From contig CAMDJP010000009.1 of the NCBI GenBank assembly GCA_945900775.1, positions 7,511-71,510 on the forward strand: a stretch of 64,000 nucleotides of DNA, read 5' to 3'. Under the pieces are notes generated by a model. That model had not been told where the DNA came from, searched no databases, and worked only from the letters and a program-made list of their open reading frames with translations. Every line of letters begins with the position of its first letter. Position 1 is the stretch's first letter. A program made the translations under genes and the position numbers. This stretch comes from Akkermansia muciniphila (lineage in GTDB: Bacteria; Verrucomicrobiota; Verrucomicrobiia; Limisphaerales; SIAT01). Of this stretch, positions 10,018-19,435 are shown piece after piece.

Positions 10018-10911
10018 TCAGACGACGTAGCTCGGGTCGAAGATGACTTCGGCGCCGTGCTTGCGGAGGAGTTCGATGAACTTGGCGAGGCCCTGCTTCT
10101 CGGCGTCGCCGAGGTCGTATCGGATGTGGCCACCAAGGTAGGCGCGCCGAAAGGGGGCGTCGAACTCGCGGCGCAGGTCGATGATTTCGGAGAGGTGGGT
10201 GAGGCCGCCGGTCTTGGCGTCGCGCAGGTGTTGGCGGAGGATTTCGTCGTGCCGACCCCGGCGCAGGGCCCAGACGGCATAGACGAAAGGCAGGCTGGTA
10301 AGCGCGTGCCACGCCTTGCCGAGATCCCAGAGAGTGTACTGAGGATGCGCGGCCCGGAGGAAGGTGATGGCGGAATCGCCGATGAGCAGGACGGCGTCGC
10401 GCTCGTAGGCGTCCTCGTAATTGTCCAGCGGGATGAAGGTGGGGTGGCGGTCGCGCTCGGCGAGGAGGACGCGCAGGAGGTTTACGCTGGTGAGCGAGGC
10501 GGGGTCGCAATGGACCTCGGTAATCTGGTCGAGCGGAATCCGGTGGGCGAGGAAGACGCTCTTCACCTCGCCGTGGGAAGCGATGGCGATACCGTCGAGC
10601 ACGTCGTAGTCGTCGTGGAAGAGCACCTCGGTGATGCTCACGAGAGCGGCGTCGAGCTGGTCGGCGCGGAGCATGTCGGCGAGCTTAGCGGGCGGAATGA
10701 GCATCACTTCGTCCTCAAGGCCGTAGGTGAGGGGGGCGGCATTGAGGTAGGGGACGGAACCGATGCGGGGCAGGCGCAACGGCGTTTCGTTGAGGTTCGG
10801 AATGGCGGGGCCGGGCTTGATCTTCGATTTGCGCCAGAAATGGGCCTGCTTCGCCTTCTCGGAATGGCGTGAGATCGAGCTTTCACGCAGTTGTTCGTCG
10901 AGCCGTTTCAT
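10018..10911 (-). CDS. mqnA: Chorismate dehydratase MqnA (futalosine pathway)
   Basis: RIGSVPYLNAAPL, GEVKSV, ASLTSVNL, LLIGD, DLGKAW..LT.LPFVYAVW; translationally coupled to mqnE. Confidence 0.88.
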   Translation of the reverse strand: MKRLDEQLRESSISRHSEKAKQAHFWRKSKIKPGPAIPNLNETPLRLPRIGSVPYLNAAPLTYGLEDEVMLIPPAKLADMLRADQLDAALVSITEVLFHDDYDVLDGIAIASHGEVKSVFLAHRIPLDQITEVHCDPASLTSVNLLRVLLAERDRHPTFIPLDNYEDAYERDAVLLIGDSAITFLRAAHPQYTLWDLGKAWHALTSLPFVYAVWALRRGRHDEILRQHLRDAKTGGLTHLSEIIDLRREFDAPFRRAYLGGHIRYDLGDAEKQGLAKFIELLRKHGAEVIFDPSYVV

Positions 10912-12089
10912 CCGGTGGCGAGATTATTATCCAGCACAGGAGAACGGAGCAAAGACTGTGCCGGAAGGGTCGTGTTGCCGCTGGACGCAGAGGGTTCCCA
11001 GACCTTCACCGGCTCGTAAAACGTATTTCGCTGCACCGGGATTCTCCCGACCTCGCGGATGGCCTTCAACATCTCGGCCTCGGTCTGGAGCTGAGGAGAT
11101 TTCGCGCCGGCCATGTGGAAGATGTGCTCCTCAACGATGGTGCCGTGCAGGTCATCCGCGCCGTAGCTGAGGGCGACTTGCGCGAGCTTGAGACCCATGC
11201 CGACCCAATAGGCGGTGATGTGGTCGAAGTTGTCGAGATAGAGCCGGCTCACGGCAATCGTGCGGAGCTGGTCGAAGCCCGTCGGCGGCACACGCACGGG
11301 GATGTCATTGTTCTCGGGCTGATACGGCAGCGGGACGAAACCGGTGAAGCCGTGCGTCTCGTCTTGCAGTTGGCGCAATAGGCTCAAGTGATGCACGCGG
11401 TCTTCGAGCTTCTCGATGTGGCCAAAGAGCATCGTGCAGGTGCTGCGTCCCCCGAGCCGGTGCCAGATGCGATGCACGTCGAGGTATTCCTCAGCGCTCT
11501 CCTTGCCGCGCGCGATGGCGTGGCGGACTTCCTTGCGAAAAATCTCAGCCCCGCCGCCGGTGAGAGATTCGAGGCCGGCGTCCTTGAGTTCGATGAGCGT
11601 TTGCTCGACGGACTTCTTCGCGAGCCACGCGAGGTGGAGGATTTCAATCGCGGTGAAACACTTGAGCTGCAGGCGTGGATCGAGGGCTTTCAGCGCCTTG
11701 AGAAAATCCACGTAGTAACTGAACGGCAGCGACGGGTGCAACCCGCCGACGATATGCAACTCGGTGATGCCGAGCGCAAGCGCCTCGCGGGCCTTTTGCA
11801 CGATCTGCTCGATGGAGAGCTCGAAGCCGTCGGCATCGCGTTTCTTGCGGGCGAACGAGCAGAACTGGCAGGAGAGGATGCAGTAGTTGGAGTAGTTGAT
11901 GTAGCGATTGAGGATGTAGCTGGCGCGATCGCCGACCTTGCGCTGCCGCGCGAAATCCGCCAGTGCCCCGACGGCATTGATGTCCTTCGACTCGAAGAGG
12001 CGCAGGGCGTCGGCCTCGGAAAGGCGCGTACCGGCGACAACCTTTTCGTAGAGGTCGCGCAGTTCGCTACGCTGGAGGAGAAAGCTCAT
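10908..12089 (-). CDS. mqnE: Aminodeoxyfutalosine synthase MqnE (radical SAM)
   Basis: CILSCQFC (CxxxCxxC), HIVGGLHP, GGGAEIF, AVSRLYLDNF.HI.AYW, GTIVEEHI.HMAGA. These fit MqnE better than MqnC. Confidence 0.82.
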   Translation of the reverse strand: MSFLLQRSELRDLYEKVVAGTRLSEADALRLFESKDINAVGALADFARQRKVGDRASYILNRYINYSNYCILSCQFCSFARKKRDADGFELSIEQIVQKAREALALGITELHIVGGLHPSLPFSYYVDFLKALKALDPRLQLKCFTAIEILHLAWLAKKSVEQTLIELKDAGLESLTGGGAEIFRKEVRHAIARGKESAEEYLDVHRIWHRLGGRSTCTMLFGHIEKLEDRVHHLSLLRQLQDETHGFTGFVPLPYQPENNDIPVRVPPTGFDQLRTIAVSRLYLDNFDHITAYWVGMGLKLAQVALSYGADDLHGTIVEEHIFHMAGAKSPQLQTEAEMLKAIREVGRIPVQRNTFYEPVKVWEPSASSGNTTLPAQSLLRSPVLDNNLATG

Positions 12090-12559
12090 AACTGAAGGTC
12101 CGAGATGAACAGGTCCTTCGTTTCTCGGTCGATGAGGACCGTGAAATGCCCGCGCGGTTCGTCGGCGTAGATCCAAGTTTCGTAGGAGGCGACCGGCTTC
12201 GGCAAGAACCACTCGGGCTTGTGTTTGGAAAAACCCGTGACAGCGGCGATCTCCGCATCTCCAGTCAACTGCTTCAGTTTGTTCAATGTGAAGAGACGTT
12301 TCTGGAAATCGTCGTTTGCAGCGACTTGAATGAAGTACTCATATTCGTAGGTGAAATGAGCTGAACGCCAGAACCACGAATGGACCACGGTCACGCTGGC
12401 TGGCTTTGCGATGCCGAAAATACGCTTCCAGTTTTTGGAATCATCCTTCCATGTGCCGGATTCGTGACAGCCGACGAGGAAGATGGACACAAGAACGATT
12501 GCAATCAGCCGGAGCGGCCGGGTGCGCGGGGCGTTTTGCTGGAGGAGAAAGGGGACCAC
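12086..12559 (-). CDS. Hypothetical lipoprotein inserted in the menaquinone operon
   Basis: Lipobox-like LVGC after a hydrophobic stretch; more AT-rich than its neighbours; stop overlaps the mqnE start. Confidence 0.65.
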   Translation of the reverse strand: MVPFLLQQNAPRTRPLRLIAIVLVSIFLVGCHESGTWKDDSKNWKRIFGIAKPASVTVVHSWFWRSAHFTYEYEYFIQVAANDDFQKRLFTLNKLKQLTGDAEIAAVTGFSKHKPEWFLPKPVASYETWIYADEPRGHFTVLIDRETKDLFISDLQL

Positions 12560-12565
12560 GAGGTT

Positions 12566-13531
12566 TTATTTTGGCGCCACTCGGAAGTTCGGGAAGATGA
12601 CTTCCGTGAGCGTTACTGCAAGGAACACCATGCTGATAACGGCGTTCAAGCGGAAGAAGGCATTCTGCACCCAGTTCATGCTGCGCCGCCGCGCGAGCCA
12701 ATGCTCGAATCCGAGGCAAATCATGATAATCGCCATGCCGACCCAGTAGGCCAGCTTGAATCCAGCCAGCACACCGAAGGCGAAGAGCAGGCCTACCATG
12801 ACGAAGTGTGCGAGCATCGAGGCCTGCAGCGCGTTGTGCGGCCCCCAACGCACGACCAAGGAATGCAGTTTATGGGTGCGGTCGAAATCATAATCTTGAA
12901 TCGCATAGATGACGTCGAACCCGAACAGCCAGAAGACGACTGCCACCGCCAGCAGGAGCGGTAACAGGCCCGTGAGTCCGTTCTCGGCAATCAACCGGCC
13001 AACGAAGAAAACTCCCGCTGGCGCGGGTTGTGACTCGAATCCCAGCCCGCCTTTCACCGCCAACCACGCGCCAATCGGGGCCAGGGCTAGCGCGACACCG
13101 AGATAGATGTGGGTGAAGTCGGTGAAGCGTTTCGTCATCGAGTAAAAACAAATGAGGAAGAGGGCGACTGGCGAGAGGTAAAAACAGAGTGGGTTGAGAA
13201 GCCACGCCGCTGCCACGAGACCTGCCGCGCTCAATACGCAAAGCGTCCACGCGCTCGTCAGCGAGATCTGGCCGACCGGCAGATGACGGCTTGCGGTGCG
13301 CGGATTCGCCGCGTCGAACTTGCGGTCCACGATGCGATTGAAGGCCATCGCGCAGGTCCGGGCGCAGACCATCGCGCCGAGGATAAGGCCGAAGATGCGC
13401 CAGCCAGGCCAGCCACGCGTATCGCGGGCCGCGACGGCCATCGATGCCAGCGCGAACGGCAGGGCGAAGATGGTGTGGCTGAATTTTACGAACTCAGCCC
13501 ATTTGCGGATGATGGAAATCAACGCGATCAC
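12566..13531 (-). CDS. UbiA-family polyprenyltransferase (MqnP-like)
   Basis: KFSHTIFALPFA, AMAFNRIVDRKFDAANPRT, YSMTKRFT, GFDVIYAIQDYDFD; multiple TM segments. Confidence 0.9.
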   Translation of the reverse strand: MIALISIIRKWAEFVKFSHTIFALPFALASMAVAARDTRGWPGWRIFGLILGAMVCARTCAMAFNRIVDRKFDAANPRTASRHLPVGQISLTSAWTLCVLSAAGLVAAAWLLNPLCFYLSPVALFLICFYSMTKRFTDFTHIYLGVALALAPIGAWLAVKGGLGFESQPAPAGVFFVGRLIAENGLTGLLPLLLAVAVVFWLFGFDVIYAIQDYDFDRTHKLHSLVVRWGPHNALQASMLAHFVMVGLLFAFGVLAGFKLAYWVGMAIIMICLGFEHWLARRRSMNWVQNAFFRLNAVISMVFLAVTLTEVIFPNFRVAPK

Positions 13532-13538
13532 AGCTAGG

Positions 13539-14096
13539 TTATTCCCGCTCCTCCTGCCAGCGCGGGGCCAGTTGATTCGCCACACCGAGGTGGTCGAGCA
13601 CGCGGCTCACCACCGTGTCGGCGACATCCGCGAGAGTCTTCGGGTTCATATAGAAGGAGGGGTTTGCGGGCAGGATGGTCGCACCCGCCAGCAGGAGCAG
13701 TTCGAAGTTCTTCACGTGGACCAAACTCAGCGGTGTCTCACGCGGCACGAGAATGAGCTTCCGTTTTTCTTTGAGGCAAACATCGGCGGCGCGCAGCAAC
13801 ACATCCTCGCTGAAACCGTGGGCGATGCGACCGAGTGTGCCCATGGTGCAGGGGATAATCACCATTGCATCGGGCGGATTCGAGCCGCTGGCGAAGGGAG
13901 CGTTCATGCTCTTGAGCGCGTGCTGACGGGCGCCCTCAGGCAGACGGATGCCGTCTGGCAACTCTTCGGCGATGACTTGGTGCGCGTAGTTGCTGAGCAC
14001 GACGTGGACTTCGTGCTGGCGCGTGTCGAGGTTATCTAGGAGACGCTGAGCGTAGAGAGCGCCGGTGGCGCCGGTGATGGCAACGAGGATTTTCAC
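13539..14096 (-). CDS. ubiX: Flavin prenyltransferase UbiX
   Basis: KILVAITGATGA, ASGS, PCTMGTL, RAADVCLKEKRKLILVPRETP, P.NPSFY. Confidence 0.93.
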   Translation of the reverse strand: MKILVAITGATGALYAQRLLDNLDTRQHEVHVVLSNYAHQVIAEELPDGIRLPEGARQHALKSMNAPFASGSNPPDAMVIIPCTMGTLGRIAHGFSEDVLLRAADVCLKEKRKLILVPRETPLSLVHVKNFELLLLAGATILPANPSFYMNPKTLADVADTVVSRVLDHLGVANQLAPRWQEERE

Positions 14097-14133
14097 AGGA
14101 CAATTCTGGGCCGCGCACGCGAGCCGCACCGGA

Positions 14134-14162
14134 ATAATGTCCGCGTGTCGGCGGCGGGGCAA
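14134..14162 (-). promoter_or_regulatory. Putative sigma70 promoter for the ubiX-mqn operon
   Basis: Minus-strand TTGCCC-17 nt-CATTAT ending about 38 nt upstream of the ubiX GTG. Confidence 0.4.
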
Positions 14163-14278
14163 GGTGTTAAAAACGTTTGCCAACCCCACGGCGCATCGGT
14201 TAGAACTTCAATTCCAAGGTGGTTTGAGTCCCGAACAACGGCTTGTTTTCCCGGGGCATTTTGCTATCAAAAGAGATC

Positions 14279-15409
14279 GTGGGTAACTGGAAGACACTTC
14301 TTTCGGCGAGCGTGTTCTGCGCGGTGCTAGCCGCGTGTGAGTCCACGCCGACTCATCGCCCTTCCATCACCATTCTACCGCCACAACCGCGACCCGCTAT
14401 CGTCTGGCCGCCGCCGCAACCGCCCGTCGTCGTTACGCCACCGCAGCCGCGACCGCCGCAACCGCCCGTCGTCGTCACGCCACCCCAGCCGCCGCAGCCG
14501 CGGCCGCCCATCCTCCAACCGCCGGCTTACAATGCGGCGATCAGCGGCGTTCAGTGGGTTTCGCTCGAGGCGTGGGGACTGGCGCAGGCCCGTGCGCAGT
14601 TCGCTCGTCTCGGCGCCGAGAGTGATTTGACACACCTTCTGCGGGTGAATGGCACGAGGCTCGAGCTGAAGGCCGATAACCGGGTGGTTCTCTGCGATGG
14701 AGTCCGCCTTTGGCTTGCTCACGCGCCGAAGCTGATGAAGGACCATCTTTACGTCCATCCGCTCGACATTCAGAAAAACCTCACGCCTATCCTTTCCGAG
14801 TTGCCGAAGAATCATCGTATCGTGGTGATTGACCCAGGTCACGGGGGCGATAGCCGCGGTACGCAGAGTGTCTTCAATAAGGCGTACGAGAAGGAATACA
14901 CACTCGACTGGGCGCTGCGCCTCAAGCCGTTACTCGAAGCCAAGGGTTGGAAGGTGCACCTCACGCGCACGCGCGACACCGCAGTGTCCCTCGCCGGTCG
15001 TGTCGCCTATGCCGATAAGGTGAAGGCGAACCTCTTCATAAGCCTACACTTCAACTCTGCCGCTTCGGAGCACACGGGCATAGAGACTTACTGCATCACG
15101 CCGGTCGGGATGGCCTCTCACATGGGCCGCGGTGCTGCTGATGACACGCGCACCGTCCTGCCGAACAACGCCCATGACGCGCCGAACATTCAGTACGCCG
15201 CGCGTGTGCACAGCGCGATGGTTGGGCACGTCGGGATGACCGACCGCGGCGTGCGGCGCGTGCGGTTCATGGACGTGCTCAAAAGTCAGAAGCGGCCCGC
15301 GCTCTTGCTGGAGGGTGGTTATCTCTCCAGCCCGGAAGAGGCCCGACTCGTCGCCATGCCCGAGTATCGGCAGAAGCTCGCCGAGGGCGTCGCCAAGGCC
15401 CTGCCCTGA
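14279..15409 (+). CDS. N-acetylmuramoyl-L-alanine amidase (Amidase_3), probable lipoprotein with Pro-rich linker
   Basis: LAAC lipobox, VIDPGHGG, EKEYTL, LTR, FISLHFNS, PALLLEGGYLS. Start uncertain (14243 or 14279). Confidence 0.9.
   Translation: MGNWKTLLSASVFCAVLAACESTPTHRPSITILPPQPRPAIVWPPPQPPVVVTPPQPRPPQPPVVVTPPQPPQPRPPILQPPAYNAAISGVQWVSLEAWGLAQARAQFARLGAESDLTHLLRVNGTRLELKADNRVVLCDGVRLWLAHAPKLMKDHLYVHPLDIQKNLTPILSELPKNHRIVVIDPGHGGDSRGTQSVFNKAYEKEYTLDWALRLKPLLEAKGWKVHLTRTRDTAVSLAGRVAYADKVKANLFISLHFNSAASEHTGIETYCITPVGMASHMGRGAADDTRTVLPNNAHDAPNIQYAARVHSAMVGHVGMTDRGVRRVRFMDVLKSQKRPALLLEGGYLSSPEEARLVAMPEYRQKLAEGVAKALP
14411..14491 (+). repeat. 42-bp intragenic tandem repeat encoding PPQPPVVVTPPQP(R/P) twice
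   Basis: ccgccgcaaccgcccgtcgtcgt(t/c)acgccacc(g/c)cagccg occurs twice at 42-nt spacing. Confidence 0.85.
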
Positions 15410-15416
15410 GTGCGCG

Positions 15417-16382
15417 ATGTCCGACGAGCCCACAGTCATCGTCACCGGCGGCGCGGGCTTCATCGGCTCGCACCTCGTCGAGCGGTTAATTCGCGATGGC
15501 AAGTCGGTCATCGTCATTGACGACTGCTCGACCGGCTCGTGGAAGAATTTCCAAGGCATCCATCCGCATCCCCGCCTGCGGATCGTTCGTGGGAAGGTCT
15601 CCGAATGCCACGAGCTTGGTGGTTTCGTCGCTGGCGCGGAAGCAATCTACCACCTCGCCGCCGCGGTCGGGGTCGAGCTCGTGGTGAACCAACTCGTAAG
15701 GACGCTCCGGACCAACCTGCGGGAGACCGAGGCGGTATTCGAGGCGGCTGCCCGGCACGGCGTGCCAGTGTTGGTCACCTCCACCTCGGAGGTGTACGGG
15801 AAGAGCAACAAGGAATGGTTCGAGGAAGGGGACGATTTGCTCATCGGCCCGCCGCACTTCGGCCGCTGGGGTTACGCCTGCTCGAAGTTGATGGACGAGT
15901 TCCTCGGACTCGCCTACGCGAAGGAACAGGAGCTGCCGGTTCTGGTTGTGCGCCTTTTCAACACCGTCGGTCCGCGGCAGACCGGCCAATACGGGATGGT
16001 TCTGCCGCGCTTCATCGCCGCCGCCAAGACCGGCGCGCCCATACGCGTCTTCGGTGACGGCCGGCAGTCGCGTTGTTTTTGCGATGTGCAGGATGTAATC
16101 GAGGCGCTGACGCGGTTGATGAGTTGCCCCGCCGCGCGCGGCGAGGTGGTGAACGTCGGCAACGACGAAGAAATCACAATCCTGCAGCTGGCCGAACTGG
16201 TGCGCGATACGCTTGGCTCAAAGTCGGCGATTGAGTTCGTGCCGTACAAGGATGCTTACGGACCGAACTTCGAGGAGATGCAGCGCCGCCGGCCCTCGAT
16301 TGCCAAGCTGGCGCGACTGACCGGTTTCCGTCCCACGCCAACGCTCACTGAGACCATTCGCCGTACGGCCGCGACGATGTAG
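15417..16382 (+). CDS. NAD-dependent nucleotide-sugar epimerase/dehydratase (extended SDR)
   Basis: VTGGAGFIGSHL, HLAAAVG, TSTSEVYG, YACSK, RLFNTVGPRQ. Confidence 0.92.
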   Translation: MSDEPTVIVTGGAGFIGSHLVERLIRDGKSVIVIDDCSTGSWKNFQGIHPHPRLRIVRGKVSECHELGGFVAGAEAIYHLAAAVGVELVVNQLVRTLRTNLRETEAVFEAAARHGVPVLVTSTSEVYGKSNKEWFEEGDDLLIGPPHFGRWGYACSKLMDEFLGLAYAKEQELPVLVVRLFNTVGPRQTGQYGMVLPRFIAAAKTGAPIRVFGDGRQSRCFCDVQDVIEALTRLMSCPAARGEVVNVGNDEEITILQLAELVRDTLGSKSAIEFVPYKDAYGPNFEEMQRRRPSIAKLARLTGFRPTPTLTETIRRTAATM

Positions 16383-16394
16383 CGCCGGAGCGGC

Positions 16395-16973
16395 TTACCA
16401 ACTCACCGGAGCGGAGAGTTTCACCCCGAACTTGTTCGTGTAGAAAAGCTGCCGGTGCGCCGCGCCGTATTCGTGAACGAGCCGCGTGATTTTCACGTCG
16501 AAGCAGCAGTAGCGGGCGATATCCATGAGCTTCTCCGTCGCCGCATCGGTCTTACCACTGGTCTTCAATTGCTCGTGCTCGCGCCACCAGCGCAGTGCCT
16601 GCAACCCGTCGCCTGTCTTCTCCACGCCAAGAGAGGTCGAGGCAACCGCGTCGAGCGAGATGCGGTGCTTGAGCACTTTCTGCAGCTCCAGCATCAGGTC
16701 GAGCGAGGGAATCTGCTCGGCGTCGAAGAAAGGGTCGTAGCCCTGCAGCACGGCGTAGTCGAAGCGGGCGTGGTTGAAACCGACTACCAGGTCCGCGCGG
16801 CGCAATTCTTCGATGAGTTCGGGCACCTCGTTCTCGCCGTAGATGCGGTAGCCGCCGCGTTGGGTGCTGTAGGTCACGCCAACGCTCATGCCCATCTTCG
16901 GGATGTTGTCCCAGCCGCCCACTTCGTCGGCTGAGCGTTGGGTTTCGAGGTCGAAGTAAACGAGGTTTTTCAT
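16395..16973 (-). CDS. Ribonuclease H-like (RNase_H_2/YprB, DEDD-type) domain protein
   Basis: YFDLETQ, VVGFN..FD, SLD, YC..DV; coupled to the lpdA stop. Confidence 0.82.
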   Translation of the reverse strand: MKNLVYFDLETQRSADEVGGWDNIPKMGMSVGVTYSTQRGGYRIYGENEVPELIEELRRADLVVGFNHARFDYAVLQGYDPFFDAEQIPSLDLMLELQKVLKHRISLDAVASTSLGVEKTGDGLQALRWWREHEQLKTSGKTDAATEKLMDIARYCCFDVKITRLVHEYGAAHRQLFYTNKFGVKLSAPVSW

Positions 16974-18388
16974 CGACGTGTGATGATGTGAGTCGACTTA
17001 CCGAAGATGCCTTCGGCCGATTCGAGGATAGCCTCGCTCAAAGTCGGATGAGCAAAAATAGTTTCGGTGAGCTGCTGCGCCGTGGCGCCGAGTCGCACGG
17101 CGAGGGTGATCTGGCCAATCAATTCGGCCGCGTGCCCGCCGAAGATGTGTCCACCGAGCAGCCGCCCGGTGTTCGCATCAGCGATGAGTTTCACGAAACC
17201 CTCCGTCTCGCCCATCGCCAACGCCTTGCCGATGGCAGCAAAGGGGAATCGCCCGATACGCACAGCGAGACCACGGCGAGCAGCCTCTTCCTCGGTCAAT
17301 CCTATGGTGGCGATTTCCGGATACGTGAAAACGCAGGCGGGCACGGCGTCGTAGTCCATCTTCTGCCACGGCGCGCCGGTCTTCGCGGCGAGGAGATTTT
17401 CAACAACAATCCGGCCCTGCGCGGTGGCGACATGGGCGAGCGCCATCTTGCCGGTGACGTCGCCGATGGCGAAGATGCCGGCGGCGCTGGTCTCCATGAA
17501 TTCGTTTACGCCGATGGCGCAGCCTTCGAGCTTCACGCCGGCGGTATCGAGCCCGAGGTTTTCCCTGTTTGCCACGCGTCCGACGGAGACGAGCAGTCTG
17601 CTGCCGGTGAACGTCTGTCCGTCGGCGAGCCGAACCTCGACGCCGTTCGCCGTCGACGCGGCCTGCTCGACGCGGGCGTTGAGAAGGAGGTTGATGCCGG
17701 ATTTCTTGAAAGAACGTTCGAGCCATTGCCCCAGCTCCTTGTCCATGTTCGGTAGGAGTCGAGAGTCGGCTTCGATAATCGTGACCTTACTACCGAGCCC
17801 CCCGAAGACACTGGCGAATTCGCAACCGATGTAGCCGCCGCCAATGATGAGCAACTCGGCGGGAAGCTCAGCAAGGTCGAGAAGATCATCGCTGTTCAGG
17901 ATGTGAACGCCGTCGCGCCGGGCGATCGGTAAATCGGCCGGACGCGAACCGGTGGCGAGCAGGATAGCGCCGGGTTTAGTAATGGTAGCGCTGACGGCCC
18001 CCGAGGCATCGCGCACCTCGATTTCGTCTGCGGCACGGAGCGCGGCGCGGCCGTTGATGACGGTGACGTGATTCTTATCCAACAACGTTTTCACTCCGTT
18101 ACCGAGCTGCTGGACGACTTTTTGTCGGCGGGCGATGAGAGCGGTGAGCTGGGTTTCGGCTTGAACAACATTCAGTCCCCAGTTCAACGCGGCGCGGGCC
18201 TGGCGCAGCAAGCCGACGCTGGCGACCATGGTCTTGGTCGGAATGCAGCCGGTGTGGAGGCAGACGCCGCCGAGGTGCTTCTCCTCGATGAGGGCGACGC
18301 GCAGGCCGTGATGGGCGGCGCGGATGGCCGAGACGTAGCCGCCGGGACCAGCTCCAATGATGGCTAAATCAAATCGTTCGTCGCTCAT
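16970..18388 (-). CDS. lpdA: Dihydrolipoyl dehydrogenase
   Basis: IIGAGPGGY, GGVCLHTGCIPTK redox disulfide, IIGGGYIGCE, AIGDV, HPTLSE. Confidence 0.93.
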   Translation of the reverse strand: MSDERFDLAIIGAGPGGYVSAIRAAHHGLRVALIEEKHLGGVCLHTGCIPTKTMVASVGLLRQARAALNWGLNVVQAETQLTALIARRQKVVQQLGNGVKTLLDKNHVTVINGRAALRAADEIEVRDASGAVSATITKPGAILLATGSRPADLPIARRDGVHILNSDDLLDLAELPAELLIIGGGYIGCEFASVFGGLGSKVTIIEADSRLLPNMDKELGQWLERSFKKSGINLLLNARVEQAASTANGVEVRLADGQTFTGSRLLVSVGRVANRENLGLDTAGVKLEGCAIGVNEFMETSAAGIFAIGDVTGKMALAHVATAQGRIVVENLLAAKTGAPWQKMDYDAVPACVFTYPEIATIGLTEEEAARRGLAVRIGRFPFAAIGKALAMGETEGFVKLIADANTGRLLGGHIFGGHAAELIGQITLAVRLGATAQQLTETIFAHPTLSEAILESAEGIFGKSTHIITRR

Positions 18389-18398
18389 ACGCGCGCGG

Positions 18399-18426
18399 AG
18401 TTTAAGGGCGGGGCGGGGCGTGACAA
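18399..18426 (-). promoter_or_regulatory. Putative sigma70 promoter for lpdA, near-leaderless
   Basis: Minus-strand TTGTCA-16 nt-TAAACT ending 10 nt before the ATG; no Shine-Dalgarno visible. Confidence 0.4.
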
Positions 18427-18543
18427 AGGAAAAGCTGTTCACGCACTGTTCACGAAGGAGCATTATCGGCTTTTCACATCGCGCGGGGTTAGTTAGTGTC
18501 CGCACCTAATCGGCCGGCCGCCTACGCGGTGCGGTTCGTGCTT

Positions 18544-19431
18544 ATGGCGGATGCAACTAAACCATCCAGCAGCCCCGGCGCCGAGCCGCCGCTGCGAATT
18601 TACTTTTTCCCGAACCTGCTCACGGCGGGTAACCTCTTCTGCGGTTTTCTCGCGCTGACGAAGATCGTCGAGGCCGACCCGTCGAATTCGGAGACTTTCG
18701 GCAAGATGATAACGCAGGCGTTGTTCCTGATTCTGCTGGCGTGCATCTTCGACTTGCTGGACGGACGCGTGGCACGCTGGGGTGGTTACGAGAGCCCGTT
18801 CGGGGCTCAGTTCGATTCGCTGGCGGACGTTGTGTCGTTCGGCGTGGTGCCGGCTTTTCTGGTGCATCGTGTGGTGCTGCGCGAGGTGTTCGATCCGCTG
18901 GATGGGCTCGGTCCGTTCAAGGGATACCCCGAGATTGGGTGGTTCATCGCGTCGGTCTTCCTCATTTGCGGGGCGCTCCGGTTGGCGCGGTTCAACTGCA
19001 TGGCAAACCAGCCCGACCCGAGTGGCGGCAAGGACTTCCTCGGTTGCCCAATCCCCATGGCAGCGGGCGCGGTGGCGTCCATCACGCTGTTCCTGATTTG
19101 GCTGGAGGAAAAGTCGTTCGCGAAGGGGAACTGGCGCTACGTGCTGCCGCTGCTGATGCTGTTCCTCTCCTTCCTGATGGTGAGCAAGGTGCGTTACCCG
19201 ACCTTCAAGAAGTTCGATTGGCGCACGCAGGGCAAGTTGGTGAAGCTCCTCATTGGCGCTCTTATCATCGGCCTCTTCATCATGGCGTGGGAGAAGCTGA
19301 TGCCGCTGGTGCTACCGGCGCTTTTCCTTGGCTATCTCATCTACGGATTCGTGCGGCCGTATCTCTCGCGCCAGACGCGGCGTGACATCGAGGAGGAAGA
19401 GATCGAAGAACCGTCGTCTGGGCCGCGGTGA
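18544..19431 (+). CDS. pssA: CDP-diacylglycerol--serine O-phosphatidyltransferase (CDP-alcohol phosphatidyltransferase)
   Basis: PNLLTAGNLFCG, DLLDGRVAR...SPFGAQFDSLADVVSFG, ALRLARFN, F.GCPIP. Confidence 0.88.
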   Translation: MADATKPSSSPGAEPPLRIYFFPNLLTAGNLFCGFLALTKIVEADPSNSETFGKMITQALFLILLACIFDLLDGRVARWGGYESPFGAQFDSLADVVSFGVVPAFLVHRVVLREVFDPLDGLGPFKGYPEIGWFIASVFLICGALRLARFNCMANQPDPSGGKDFLGCPIPMAAGAVASITLFLIWLEEKSFAKGNWRYVLPLLMLFLSFLMVSKVRYPTFKKFDWRTQGKLVKLLIGALIIGLFIMAWEKLMPLVLPALFLGYLIYGFVRPYLSRQTRRDIEEEEIEEPSSGPR

Positions 19432-19435
19432 AATA

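Noticed and set aside
14190..14235. tRNA-like words (GGTTAGA...GGTTTGAGTCCC)
   Set aside because: No cloverleaf pairing, wrong spacing and no acceptor stem; better explained as promoter DNA.
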